NCBI GenBank assembly: GCA_963842525.1
Contig: CAWJGT010000003.1
Location: forward strand, 608,001 to 672,000
Length of the DNA stretch: 64,000 bases
Direction of reading: 5' to 3'
DNA from: an uncultured Holophagales bacterium
GTDB taxonomy: Bacteria; Acidobacteriota; Thermoanaerobaculia; Multivoradales; UBA5704
Position 1 is the first letter of the stretch, and every line of letters starts with the position of its first letter. Shown piece by piece: positions 49,873 through 59,187 of the stretch. The position numbers were made by a program, and so were the translations under genes. The notes beneath the pieces are model-generated. The model was not told where the DNA came from. It was given only the letters and a program-made list of their open reading frames with translations, and searched no databases.

Positions 49873-50934
49873 ATGAAGAAGCTCCTGCTGGCCCTTCTGT
49901 CGATCGTGCTCGCCCTCGGCGCCGCCGAAGGCGGGCTGCGGCTGTTCTACGGCGCGAAGGAGCCGGAGGACTTCCGTGTGGCGCTCCGCCGGGCCGAGCG
50001 GACCCGCCCGATGCCGGGCGGCAAGCTCACCCTCGGCGAGATGGTGCAGGCCAGCCGTTTCGAGGATGTGGTCTATGAGCTGAAGCCGAACCTCTCAGGG
50101 GTCTTCAAGGGAGCTCCCATCCGCACCAATTCGCGCGGGCTGCGGGGGACGCGCGAGCACAGCCTGGAGAAGCCGCCGGGGACGTTTCGGATCGTCGGGA
50201 TCGGCGACTCGAACATGTTCGGCTGGGGGGTCGGGGAGGGCGAGCCCTATCTCCAGATCCTGGAGCAGCGCCTCGACGAGCTGCCGAACGGCCGGCGGCG
50301 GTTCCAGGTGCTCAACTTCGGCGTGCCCGGCTACAACGCGGCCATCGAGGTCGCCTCCTTCGAGCACAAGGCCCTGGCCTACGACCCCGACCTCGTCGTC
50401 ATCCACTTCATCGGCAACGACTTCGGCCTGCCGTACTTCATGCAGCCGCCCGAGGCCAGGCAGGCCGCGGCCCGTTCCTACCTCTGGCAGCTCCTGGAGG
50501 CCCGCTTCGGATCGTCCCAGGACGAGGTCGACCCCGATCTGCTCGGCCATGACCGCAGCCGGCTCGATCCGGACTACCGGGCGCAGGTGCGCGGCCAGTA
50601 CCAGCACATGCTGGGCACGGACGGCTACAAGCGGGCGATGGCGAAGCTCGCCCGTGTGACGCGCGCGAGGGGCATCCCGGTGATCGTCATGGCCCTCGGC
50701 GACGTCGGGGAGCGGGGCGGCCTCTCCCGCCGGGTGGCGGCGGCGAACGGGCTGGGATTCCTCAACGCGGCACCGCGCTTCTACTCCTACCTGGTCGAGA
50801 ACGGGCTGGGCGCCGACAAGCAGGCGTGGAAGAAGACCTTCCGCATCCCCCGCGACGGCCATCCCAACCAGGTGGCGCACCGGCTCTACGCCGAGGTTCT
50901 GCTCGCGGAGATGGCGCGGCGGGGGCTCGTCTGA
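49873..50934 (+). CDS. SGNH/GDSL hydrolase family protein
   Basis: TNSRGLRG, GDSNMFG, NFGVPGY, GND, DGHPN. Confidence 0.9.
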   Translation: MKKLLLALLSIVLALGAAEGGLRLFYGAKEPEDFRVALRRAERTRPMPGGKLTLGEMVQASRFEDVVYELKPNLSGVFKGAPIRTNSRGLRGTREHSLEKPPGTFRIVGIGDSNMFGWGVGEGEPYLQILEQRLDELPNGRRRFQVLNFGVPGYNAAIEVASFEHKALAYDPDLVVIHFIGNDFGLPYFMQPPEARQAAARSYLWQLLEARFGSSQDEVDPDLLGHDRSRLDPDYRAQVRGQYQHMLGTDGYKRAMAKLARVTRARGIPVIVMALGDVGERGGLSRRVAAANGLGFLNAAPRFYSYLVENGLGADKQAWKKTFRIPRDGHPNQVAHRLYAEVLLAEMARRGLV

Positions 50935-51156
50935 TCTGCCGCAAAATCGTTGCCGCGTAATGTGCGGCGTAATCTTGGCCTCTCATAATGCCCCCAGAGG
51001 TTGAGGCTGGCGGCCCAGACCAGGGGCCAGGGGACGCGCAGGGCTTCGGCTCGGGCGAAGTCCGCGCCAGAGGGTGTAGCACACCAGCCTCAACCTTCCC
51101 TCCACGGCGGTTCTCCCGAGCCGCCTCTTTTTTGTCCAGATGTGCCGGAAAGAGCC

Positions 51157-51900
51157 TCACCATCCCATCATCTCGATCGAATAGGGGAGCATCTTCCGCC
51201 ACCAGGGCCAGTCATGATCGACGTCGTGCCCCCAGACATCCAGGAAGTGGGGGATCTCCTTACGATGGAGCAGCTCCGAGAGCTGCCGCGAGGCGTGCGG
51301 CGCCTCGTAGGCCCCCTGGCCGGTGAGGACGTGGATCTGGCAGGACGTGCGCAGGAGGTGGAGGCTGTGCCCCTCCAGGTTGGGCAGATACCAGGCCGGG
51401 TTGTTGAAGTAGACGTTGTCGTCGCTGTAGCCGTGGAGGTAGTCCGGCGCCAGGTCGCAGAAGCCGCTCATGGCAATGGCGGCGTCGAAGAGGTCGGGCC
51501 GGCGAAACAGTGTGTTGGCCGCATGGAAGCCGCCGAAGCTCGCCCCGGCGGTGGCGACGCGCAGGTCGGGGTTCTGGCAGGCTCCCCGGATGTAGGGGAC
51601 CACCTCCTCCTCGACATAGCGGGCGTAGAGGGCCTGCCGCCGCGCCTTTTCGGGCACGGGCAGCCCCTCGTCCATCCACGACAGCTTGTTGATGCTGTCG
51701 ATCGAGAAGATGCGGACCCGTCCAGCCTCGATCATCGGCCCGGCCGCGCCGACGAGCCCGAAGCGTTCGTTTTCCAGGAAATCCGCCGCGGCGGTGGGGA
51801 AGAGCAGCACGGGGTGACCCCAGTGCCCGTACGAGACGATGGGCATGTCCTTGTCGAGGATCGGGCTGTGCCAGCCGTCGATCTGCTGTCGCAGGTCCAT
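51157..51900 (-). CDS. Esterase (alpha/beta hydrolase)
   Basis: YGHWGHPVLLFPT, GASFGG, HDWPWWRKM. Confidence 0.9.
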   Translation of the reverse strand: MDLRQQIDGWHSPILDKDMPIVSYGHWGHPVLLFPTAAADFLENERFGLVGAAGPMIEAGRVRIFSIDSINKLSWMDEGLPVPEKARRQALYARYVEEEVVPYIRGACQNPDLRVATAGASFGGFHAANTLFRRPDLFDAAIAMSGFCDLAPDYLHGYSDDNVYFNNPAWYLPNLEGHSLHLLRTSCQIHVLTGQGAYEAPHASRQLSELLHRKEIPHFLDVWGHDVDHDWPWWRKMLPYSIEMMGW

Positions 51901-52047
51901 TCCGCTCCCTCCTGCCGTGAGCTGCCCGGCATGTGGGCGGGGAGGATATCCGGGAGACGGACGGGGGGCAAGCGAAGGCCGTGGGCGAGCTGCACGATGG
52001 CTGTGGTAACCTCCAACGGCGACGCCGTCCCGTCCTTCCGAGCTGCC

Positions 52048-53626
52048 ATGCCGCGCTTCTTCAACACCGCCGGTCCCTGCAATCCGGCCGATCACTACAT
52101 ACTGCCGCCGGAGCGTCGCCTGCCGGATCTGCGGGAGCTGATCGAGCGCAAGCTCTACTTCACCCTCCATGCGCCCCGCCAGTCGGGGAAGACCACCTGC
52201 CTGGAGACCATGGCGCGTCGCCTTGACAGCCGAAGGGAGGTATGCGCCGCAATGCCTCGCAAGCTGCGAGACCGGCCAGACGGCGGGGAGCGATGTGGAG
52301 CGTGGGGTCGGAGCGGTGCTGCAGCTCGACCGAGCGGCGGGCGGCGGAGCTTCCGCCGGATCTTCGGCCTGAGCCGCTCGCAGGCTATGCGGCTATTGAG
52401 GCGGAGAGCCGCTTGGTGGCCTATCTCGACGCCTGGTGCCAGAGACCGCCCGGCCGGTACGTGCTGTTCCTCGACGAGATCGATGCACTGCGTGACGAGT
52501 CGCTCTTGTCGGTGCTGCGCCAGCTCCGGTCCGGGTATTCGACCCGGCCGCCCGCGTTCCCGCAGTCGGTGGCGCTTGATCGGTCTGCGGGACGTCCGGG
52601 ATTACCGCGTCCGGCTCCGTCCGGAAGCCGAGAGCCTCGGGACCTCTTCGCCGTTCAACATCAAGGTCCGCTCCCTCACCCTCGCCAACTTCTCGCAGGA
52701 CGAGGTCGCCGAGCTCTATGGCCAGCACACCGCGGAGACCGGACAGGTTTTCACGCCCGAGGCGGTCGCCCTTGCGTGGGAGTTGACCCGCGGTCAGCCG
52801 TGGCTGGTCAATGCCCTGGCCGCCGAAGATGGTGGACCGTCTGGTGCGCGACCGGGCGGTTGCGGTCGAGGCTCGGCACGTCGAGCAGCGCCAAGGAGAT
52901 CCTGATCGAGCGCCGCGATACGCACCTCGACTCGTTGGTTGACCGGCTGCGCGAGCTGCGCGTGCGGCGCGTCCTCGAGCCGATCCTGGCAGGGGAGCTG
53001 CTCTCTCCCGACCTGTTGGAGGACGACATCCAGTTCGTGAAGGATCTGGGGCTGGTCGTATCCGGCCCGGCGGGCTTGGAGATCGCCAACCCGATCTACC
53101 GCGAGGTCATCCCCCGTGCCCTGGCCTGGGTCGTCCAGGAGTCGCTGCCGGTGCCCCGGGCGCCGTTCATTGCGCCGGACGGGACCTTGCGGATCGATGC
53201 CGCTCCTTGACGAGTTTCACCGAATTCTGGTGCCAGCACGCCGAGTTTTTCCTGGAGCGTCAGCCCTATTCCGAGGCGGCGGCACAGCTCGTCTTCATGG
53301 CATACCTGCAGCGGATCGTCAACGGCGGAGGTTTCATCGACCGGGAGTATGGGGTGGGCCGCGGGAGGATCGACCTCTGTGTCCGCTGGCCGCATCCCGG
53401 CGGCCTTCAGGTCTGGGCGGCCGAGCTCAAGGTCTGGAGGAATGGCCGTCCCGATCCTCTCTCGGAGGGTCTCAAGCAACTCACGGCCTACCTGGCTCAT
53501 CTGGGCCTCGATTCCGGCGCTCTGATCCTCTTCGACGGCCGGCCCGCCACCCCACCCATCCCGGAGCGCTGTGTGCGGACTGAGGTCGAGCACGAGGGCC
53601 GCAGGATCACCATCCTGCGGCTGTAA
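52048..53626 (+). CDS. P-loop ATPase with C-terminal PD-(D/E)XK-like domain (frameshifted)
   Basis: MPRFFNTAGP, HAPRQSGKTT, LDEIDAL, SPFNIK, TRGQPWLVN, REYGVGRGRIDL, AELK. Confidence 0.85.
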
Positions 53627-53649
53627 GTGTGGGATTCCCCGCTCCCGAG

Positions 53650-53726
53650 CCTCAGGTGCCAGGCACTTATTCTCCTCAGGTGCCAGGCATTTATTCTGGG
53701 GGATCTGCACTTATTCTGGGGGATCT
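53650..53726. repeat. Tandem copies of the GGCACYTATTC terminal motif
   Basis: 24-bp duplicate CCTCAGGTGCCAGGCAYTTATTCT (53650-53697) and 20-bp duplicate GCAYTTATTCTGGGGGATCT (53687-53726). Confidence 0.85.
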
Positions 53727-53760
53727 AGACACGGATGGCGGGAACAGGTATTCTCAGTTC

Positions 53761-54069
53761 ATGAGTGCCCGTCCCGCCAGTGCTCCTGGTCAGCCGATCC
53801 TTCTGATCGTCGAGGATCTCGAAGACCCGCGGTTTTCCGTCTCCTCGCCGCTCCGGGTCGAAGCCTACTGGGAGCCCGAAGGGGTGACGGTCCACCATCC
53901 GGAGTCTGACGTTTTCGGCTATGGCAAGGACGAGGCCGAGGCCTTGGACGATTTTCGCGCGGCGCTCGCCGAACTGTTCGTCACCCTGGACAATGACCGC
54001 GTCTCTCTCGGCCCAGCCCTTCAGGGTGTCTTGCGGGTCCTCGATTTCCACCTTCACAAGCGTTCGTGA
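53761..54069 (+). CDS. HicB-like protein
   Basis: VFGYGKDEAEALDDFRAAL, typical of the HicB N-terminal fold. Confidence 0.6.
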   Translation: MSARPASAPGQPILLIVEDLEDPRFSVSSPLRVEAYWEPEGVTVHHPESDVFGYGKDEAEALDDFRAALAELFVTLDNDRVSLGPALQGVLRVLDFHLHKRS

Positions 54070-54076
54070 TCCGCCT

Positions 54077-54355
54077 GTGTCGATCAGCGCCGAGGTCCTG
54101 GACCGAGCCTGGGGGAAGGTGGGGATGTCGGTGCAGGATCGGGGTGTAGACCGATGGGCCTATCTGTTCGTGGATGGCAGGCGAGTCATCGCGACGCGGC
54201 GGTCGAGAGGCTCGGGCAAGATCCCGGGTCAGGTTCCGCACCTGATCCGTCAGCAGATGAAGCTGAACGAGGAGCAATTTCGTGCCTTGGTCGATTGCCC
54301 TTTGACCCGCGAGGGCTATATCCAGATCCTTCGCGACAAGGGCCTTCTCGGGTAG
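54077..54355 (+). CDS. HicA-like protein
   Basis: IRQQMKLNEEQFRALVDCPLTREGY C-terminus; adjacent to the HicB-like gene. Confidence 0.6.
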   Translation: MSISAEVLDRAWGKVGMSVQDRGVDRWAYLFVDGRRVIATRRSRGSGKIPGQVPHLIRQQMKLNEEQFRALVDCPLTREGYIQILRDKGLLG

Positions 54356-54530
54356 ATCTCTCGATGGGGAGAGAGGTGACAAAGACTTCGAAAGCGGCTC
54401 GGGGTCGTGTTGTGCGCGGTAGAGGGTCGTCCTCGGAGTCCTCGGTTTCCAGGTAGGCTTGGCTGAGGATGTCCCCTGCCAGGTAGAACGTTCGGCTGCA
54501 CGGGCCAGGAAACGCATGGCACTTATTCGG

Positions 54531-54778
54531 GGCCGCATCCCGGCGGCCTTCAGGTTTGGGCGGCCGAGTTGAAGGTCTGGAGGAATGGCCGTCCCGATCC
54601 TCTCTCGGAGGGTCTCAAGCAACTCACGGCCTACCTGGCTCATCTGGGCCTCGATTCCGGCGCTCTGATCCTCTTCGACGGCCGGCCCGCCACCCCACCC
54701 ATCCCGGAGCGCTGTGTGCGGACTGAGGTCGAGCACGAGGGCCGCAGGATCACCGTCCTGCGGCTGTAGGTGTGGGAT
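54531..54778 (+). repeat. Direct-repeat copy of the ATPase gene 3' end (partner 53388-53635)
   Basis: 248 bp, 5 mismatches by eye. Confidence 0.95.
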
Positions 54779-54790
54779 AGCCGCGGGGCC

Positions 54791-55152
54791 GCGGACAAGC
54801 TCAAGGATGGCGATCGGAATGCGCGGTTCCCGCCAGGGAGCTTTCCGCTTCATCTGGCCTTTGTCAGCGATCAGCCGCCCCGTGATTTCATTCCCGTGCC
54901 TGCTGGGTAGCCGAACCGGCTGCCAATCAACTCTCAGAAGCTCTCTCCCTTCTCCTGCGTGGCGACAGAGTTGTGCCCAGCCTACAGCCAGTCGCCGTCA
55001 GATCCCCAAAGAGTGCGGGAAAAATCGCTCTGATCCTCCTCGGGTGCGTCCAAGAGGCTCGCTCAGGCCCCTCGGGAGGATGAATACAGGCTGGCCGCAG
55101 GCCCCGCGGGCCTCCCATACTCAAGGTTCCCCAAGAATCCCCAGGCACCTAT
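54791..55152 (+). mobile_element. Second, shorter Y1 transposase 3' remnant with tail
   Basis: Encodes ADKLKDGDRNARFPPGSFPLHLAFVSDQ; alignable to 25016-25372; ends CCAAGAATCCCCAGGCACCTAT. Confidence 0.8.
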
Positions 55153-55245
55153 GGGTGGAAAACGTTTTCCTTGCTAGCCCGATTCGAGGGCACAGGAATC
55201 AATGGGGGATCCCAAGTTATTGAGATCCCAAATAAAGCATTCAAT

Positions 55246-56385
55246 CTATCGATTTGGAATCTGCAAGCTAAACCGTTTACGCGTGCCGGGCTCGATCGCG
55301 CCGAGATGGATCGTGCGGATCTCGTTGTAGGGCGGAACTAGTCCTTCACCGCCGGGGCCTTCGTAGTGATAACGCAGTTGGAGATCTTGCGCCGCAGTTG
55401 CGGCAGGGAGGGCGAAGCCGTTTCCACGCAGTTCGTTCCAAGCCTTCGTGTTAAACAGTTGCGCACTACCTTCGCGCGAGCCGAAATAGCCGACGGGCTC
55501 ACCCGCCCAAAGCTCGAACTGCAGCGTGTACCATGCTTGCTCGTAGTCGCCGCTGAGATCGAAGGCGAGAAACGCGATGTCGGGGTGCGGATTCTCAACA
55601 AGCGAGAAATCCAGTTTGTATTCGCCGCCTCCCGCTATCGAAAAGATAAGCTGACTCGCCGACGGATAGCCGGCGTTGCCATCGTTCGCGTTCTTCCAGG
55701 CGTTGCAAATGACGATCTTGAGACGCGGATCCCCTTTGAATTCCCAGGTTGGAATGCGGCCGTCGCGATCGGTTTCGCGTGCGAGCATTTCGGCCAGTCG
55801 CAACTCGTACTCCCAATTCATCACCGCGCCGCAGAGCACCAATGCCCCTTGGAGCGACCCGCCATTGTCGTCCTTCACCTCGACGTCAATGCGCCATTCC
55901 TCAGCCGTGTCGAGCGGACCTTCGCCGCCGGGCGGGCGCGGGAGAACCACGGTCGTGGTGACCAGAGAACCTGCGAGCAATGCTGTGATGATCTTTAGCC
56001 AAGAGTTGATGGCCGACCAAGTGCCGCTCACCAGTGCCGCAACAAAGAGAGCGTTCAAGGCCCAGGCGGCCGGGGTGAATGCCAGCCAATGGTTTTCGAA
56101 AACGATGGTGCCGCCGAGGGCCGCCCACAGTGCGCTCAAGGACAGAAGGACAAGCGACACGCTCACCCGCTGCTGCTTGCGATAGAGTGCGGCGGCGAGG
56201 ATTGCAGTGACCGCGATGACGAGAATGACGGCGGCGCCTGCAGTGAGCGAGGCTGCGAAAACCGAGACGGCCGAACCCACGAAAAAGATCAGGAGTCCAA
56301 TACCCACGAAGAAAAGCAGCACGACGCCCGCGCCCTCATTGGGGTCGTGACCGATTTTGCCTTTGCTGCTATCCAAGTTTCGCAT
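55246..56385 (-). CDS. Membrane protein with soluble C-terminal domain (gene cassette)
   Basis: About 5 TM helices; starts just after attC 56413-56485. Confidence 0.8.
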   Translation of the reverse strand: MRNLDSSKGKIGHDPNEGAGVVLLFFVGIGLLIFFVGSAVSVFAASLTAGAAVILVIAVTAILAAALYRKQQRVSVSLVLLSLSALWAALGGTIVFENHWLAFTPAAWALNALFVAALVSGTWSAINSWLKIITALLAGSLVTTTVVLPRPPGGEGPLDTAEEWRIDVEVKDDNGGSLQGALVLCGAVMNWEYELRLAEMLARETDRDGRIPTWEFKGDPRLKIVICNAWKNANDGNAGYPSASQLIFSIAGGGEYKLDFSLVENPHPDIAFLAFDLSGDYEQAWYTLQFELWAGEPVGYFGSREGSAQLFNTKAWNELRGNGFALPAATAAQDLQLRYHYEGPGGEGLVPPYNEIRTIHLGAIEPGTRKRFSLQIPNR

Positions 56386-56412
56386 GTGTTTGAGGTTGTC
56401 GATCGGCGCGAC

Positions 56413-56485
56413 GGCGAACGCTCAGTAGATGAGCGGCGGAACCGCGCTTTTGCGGTTTCCGTCCGCTCGACTGCTGGGGTTCGCC
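56413..56485 (-). other. attC site (73 bp)
   Basis: GGCGAAC...GAGCGGACGGAAACCGC...GCGGTTCCGCCGCTC...GTTCGCC hairpin with extrahelical A. Confidence 0.85.
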
Positions 56486-56509
56486 GCTGCCATTCTCCAT
56501 TTAGGCCTG

Positions 56510-57154
56510 CTATAGCGTGGCCTTTGGTAAGTGCTTCTCCAAGGCCGCCTTTATCGAGCCCGTGATCTCCGCATACAGTCTATCTGCCTCAGAGTAGAAG
56601 GAAGCAAGTCGCTCGATCGAGGTATTATAGGTATGTTCATCCATGGTTTCCTGACCGAGGCTGAGCCTTTCTGGAGGTCGCGTGATCCGGTCGACCAAAA
56701 CGGAAGCATCCTGGAGTTTTCTCTTGAAACGATGGAGCATGTTGAACACAGACTCATCGACAAATGCGCGGTATTTATAAAGATTCTCCGTGAGAAGGTA
56801 GAGAGCAGGATCAAAGGCTTTAAGAGTATTGCGATTCCTCTCCTCCTTAAACCAGAGCAGCGTCTTCCATTCAGCGTGATCAAGGGGAAAAATCGCTAGA
56901 ACATCACGACACGCGTTGCGCAGGCGATAGACGATCTCTAAAATTTCCGGATAAATCGTATTCCGCCGTTCAAGTACTGCGAGAGCTTGGTGCTTCTCGA
57001 TCTCTATAGCCATCTTGGCCCTCTCCTCGATCTCCTTGAATCGCAGATCCATCTTCTTCGTGAGCCAAGTCTTGAGCCAATAGGCAACCCCACCCCCAAT
57101 AGTCGAAATCAAGGCGGCGTTAAGGAGTAAATCAGAAACGATAGAGATTGGCAA
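56510..57154 (-). CDS. Hypothetical protein, N-terminal TM plus helical domain (gene cassette)
   Basis: 214-aa low-GC ORF between two attC sites. Confidence 0.8.
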   Translation of the reverse strand: MPISIVSDLLLNAALISTIGGGVAYWLKTWLTKKMDLRFKEIEERAKMAIEIEKHQALAVLERRNTIYPEILEIVYRLRNACRDVLAIFPLDHAEWKTLLWFKEERNRNTLKAFDPALYLLTENLYKYRAFVDESVFNMLHRFKRKLQDASVLVDRITRPPERLSLGQETMDEHTYNTSIERLASFYSEADRLYAEITGSIKAALEKHLPKATL

Positions 57155-57194
57155 TAGTATTTCCCTTCGTGTCTTATCGGATCTGGCTGTGGAC

Positions 57195-57254
57195 GGCGAA
57201 CGTCTTGGGCGTTCACCGGGGGCGCAGCCATCCGGTGCAACGCCCGGGTTGGCC
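57195..57254 (-). other. attC site (60 bp)
   Basis: GGCCAAC CCGGGCG TTGCACCGGATGG...CCCCGGTGAA CGCCCAAGAC GTTCGCC. Confidence 0.85.
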
Positions 57255-57431
57255 GCCGAATCGCCTTCGCTCGGAACCCGCCGCGCTGGCCACTTCGCCT
57301 TGCTCTGGCCCCCGAACGTCTTCGGTACAGTTCAATATGTACATGCGATCTTCGCCCTTGATGAACTAGAAAAATTGTACATCAGAAGCATGGGCAGGCA
57401 AAGAGCCAAGACGGAGATCGAGGCAACCAAC

Positions 57432-57580
57432 GTGCCCCCATCCCCATCGGGGCTCGCGCCCCTCGGCCGCGCCGTCGCCCCTACAGGGCTTGGAGAAATG
57501 GGGACGCTGCCTACCTGGGGTCGCCGCGCCCCCGGCGCTCTGACCCCAGGCTCTATGCCGACGCCCCTTCGGGGCTTTGC
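57432..57580. repeat. REP-like palindrome cluster
   Basis: GCCCCTACAGGGC, CCTGGGGTC...GACCCCAGG and GCCCCTTCGGGGC hairpins. Confidence 0.7.
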
Positions 57581-57815
57581 AGCGTGGCAGTTTGGTGCCG
57601 GAGCGCAGCGGAGGCGCCAATTTGCGTGTCTTTCTCAGTGGAAGGACCGCGGCAAGGGGCGCAGCCTCTTGCGGACCGCGCCGCAGCAGTTCCTCAAGCA
57701 AGCAAGATATGAGTCCATGCCGATCGCTATGACGGGTCCCCGGTCCCGAGAGACCGAGGGCCAGCCCTACGCTCCGCCGACCACGGTGGCGCCGAGCTAT
57801 TACTGCCAACGAGCT

Positions 57816-58080
57816 TCAGCCGGGGTGAGGAATGTCACTGAACTCTTGGAAGAGACGCGTTAGCGCCTCCGGACCATGAACACCAGTGGAGCTCACAAAA
57901 ACCTCAACCTCGATCGAACCGTCTGACAAGAATTCGACCTCCCATCGCTCACCGGGCACGGCGATCAGCACCATAATGGCTTCGTCACGATTGTGCGCAA
58001 GCGAGTAGGAGATTTTTGGGCCTGATTGAGCTGTCCCAGAAACTCAAGAAGGTCGGGTATGAGTGGGCTCACCGCGTCAT
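57816..58080 (-). CDS. Small hypothetical cassette protein (frameshifted)
   Basis: Reads ...DLLEFLGQLNQA/KISYSLAHNRDEAIMVLIAVPGERWEVEFLSDGSIEVEVFVSS...; follows attC 58108-58169. Confidence 0.6.
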
Positions 58081-58107
58081 CCTTAGCACTCTATGCGAAC
58101 ATCCGAC

Positions 58108-58169
58108 GGCCAACACGGTCTTGCTGCTGAGCGGCGGCGTAGCCGTCCGCTCCGGCAGCGTTGTTAGAT
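58108..58169 (-). other. attC site (62 bp)
   Basis: ATCTAAC...GAGCGGACGG CTACG CCGCCGCTC...GTTGGCC; the upstream stop TAA lies in R''. Confidence 0.85.
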
Positions 58170-58766
58170 GCCTTGCAGCTGCAATTCACTCCACGCTTCC
58201 TCCAGCACTTCCTTGGGATCAGTCCCTCGCTCAATCTCCTTCACGAACAATAGACTAACGAAGTCGATGTCTGGACTTTCTCCCATCTGGACTTTGTAGG
58301 AATACGGCAAGACGTAGAGACCGTACCTAATCCTCCGGTCGCCTCTGATTGTGTGCACAGCGCCAATGACGACCGGGAGGAAATTTTTACCACTTCGTGT
58401 CTCCACAAGTGGAAATCTTCGCGCAATATAAGTTACGATTCGATTCTCGGCCTTTGAGAGATCGATATTATAGGGAAACTCTACAACCTCCGGCTCCAAG
58501 TCGAGAGAGTCTGGCCAAAGAATTTTCAGCTGCTGGAGTGCCGCATCGGATGGGTTTTGAACGCTCAGGCGAAGCAGGTTTGAGTTATTCTCAAGGCTCG
58601 CCGAGAGAATAAGCCGCTTATCAGCTTCAAGCCTTGCTTCGGCCAATTCATCGGCCGTCTTGACTCTTCGGTAGTTCAGAATCCCCACCGCGAGTGCGGC
58701 GGCCGTCACTAATAAACCGACCAGTGCTATCCAATTCTTACGGCCTCTCTCTTGACCGTTTGTCAT
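58164..58766 (-). CDS. Hypothetical protein with N-terminal TM (first cassette)
   Basis: ATG at 58766 is the first start after the crossover at 58794; low GC. Confidence 0.8.
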   Translation of the reverse strand: MTNGQERGRKNWIALVGLLVTAAALAVGILNYRRVKTADELAEARLEADKRLILSASLENNSNLLRLSVQNPSDAALQQLKILWPDSLDLEPEVVEFPYNIDLSKAENRIVTYIARRFPLVETRSGKNFLPVVIGAVHTIRGDRRIRYGLYVLPYSYKVQMGESPDIDFVSLLFVKEIERGTDPKEVLEEAWSELQLQGI

Positions 58767-58787
58767 GTGCCTGTTCTTTAGTGTGGT

Positions 58788-58820
58788 ATCTAACCTCTGC
58801 CTCACATATTCGGCGGCACC
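58788..58820 (-). other. Putative attI-like first crossover (G/TTAGAT at 58794)
   Basis: Exact complement of the first cassette's R'' (ATCTAAC). Confidence 0.6.
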
Positions 58821-58918
58821 CCGCCCGCAGGCCAATACGACACAACCTGCGGGTTGACTCCACGGTTGGTCCCAGGGTGTCGAGCGTGCAGGGTGCTTAT
58901 CCTCTTCGACTTAAGCGC

Positions 58919-58947
58919 ACTCTACACCACTTCCTAACCTGCGTCAA
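58919..58947 (-). promoter_or_regulatory. Sigma70 promoter (Pc-like)
   Basis: TTGACG (58947-58942), N17, TAGAGT (58924-58919), pointing into the cassettes. Confidence 0.7.
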
Positions 58948-59187
58948 GGCCGCCGAGGCACTTGGAGAAGCATTCTGGTCGGCCCTGCGCCTCGAAAGTC
59001 GCAACTACGTCATGCTCGACGAGCGAAGGAGGTTGGGACGATCGGGTCCTGAGCACCGCGGACGACGTCCGCCGATCTCGTCACTCACGTTGAGGGCGAC
59101 GCTGCCCGCGGCATCTTTTTTCGTCTTTCGGCGTGGCGGCGAAGCGTCCAGGAGGAACTCTCGAAGGGCTCGGAGAGGATTTGGCGG

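Noticed and set aside
53388-54778. Diversity-generating retroelement TR/VR pair (also 24024-24132 versus 28622-28730)
   Set aside because: Differences are few, not adenine-specific, mostly synonymous, and no reverse transcriptase is in the window.
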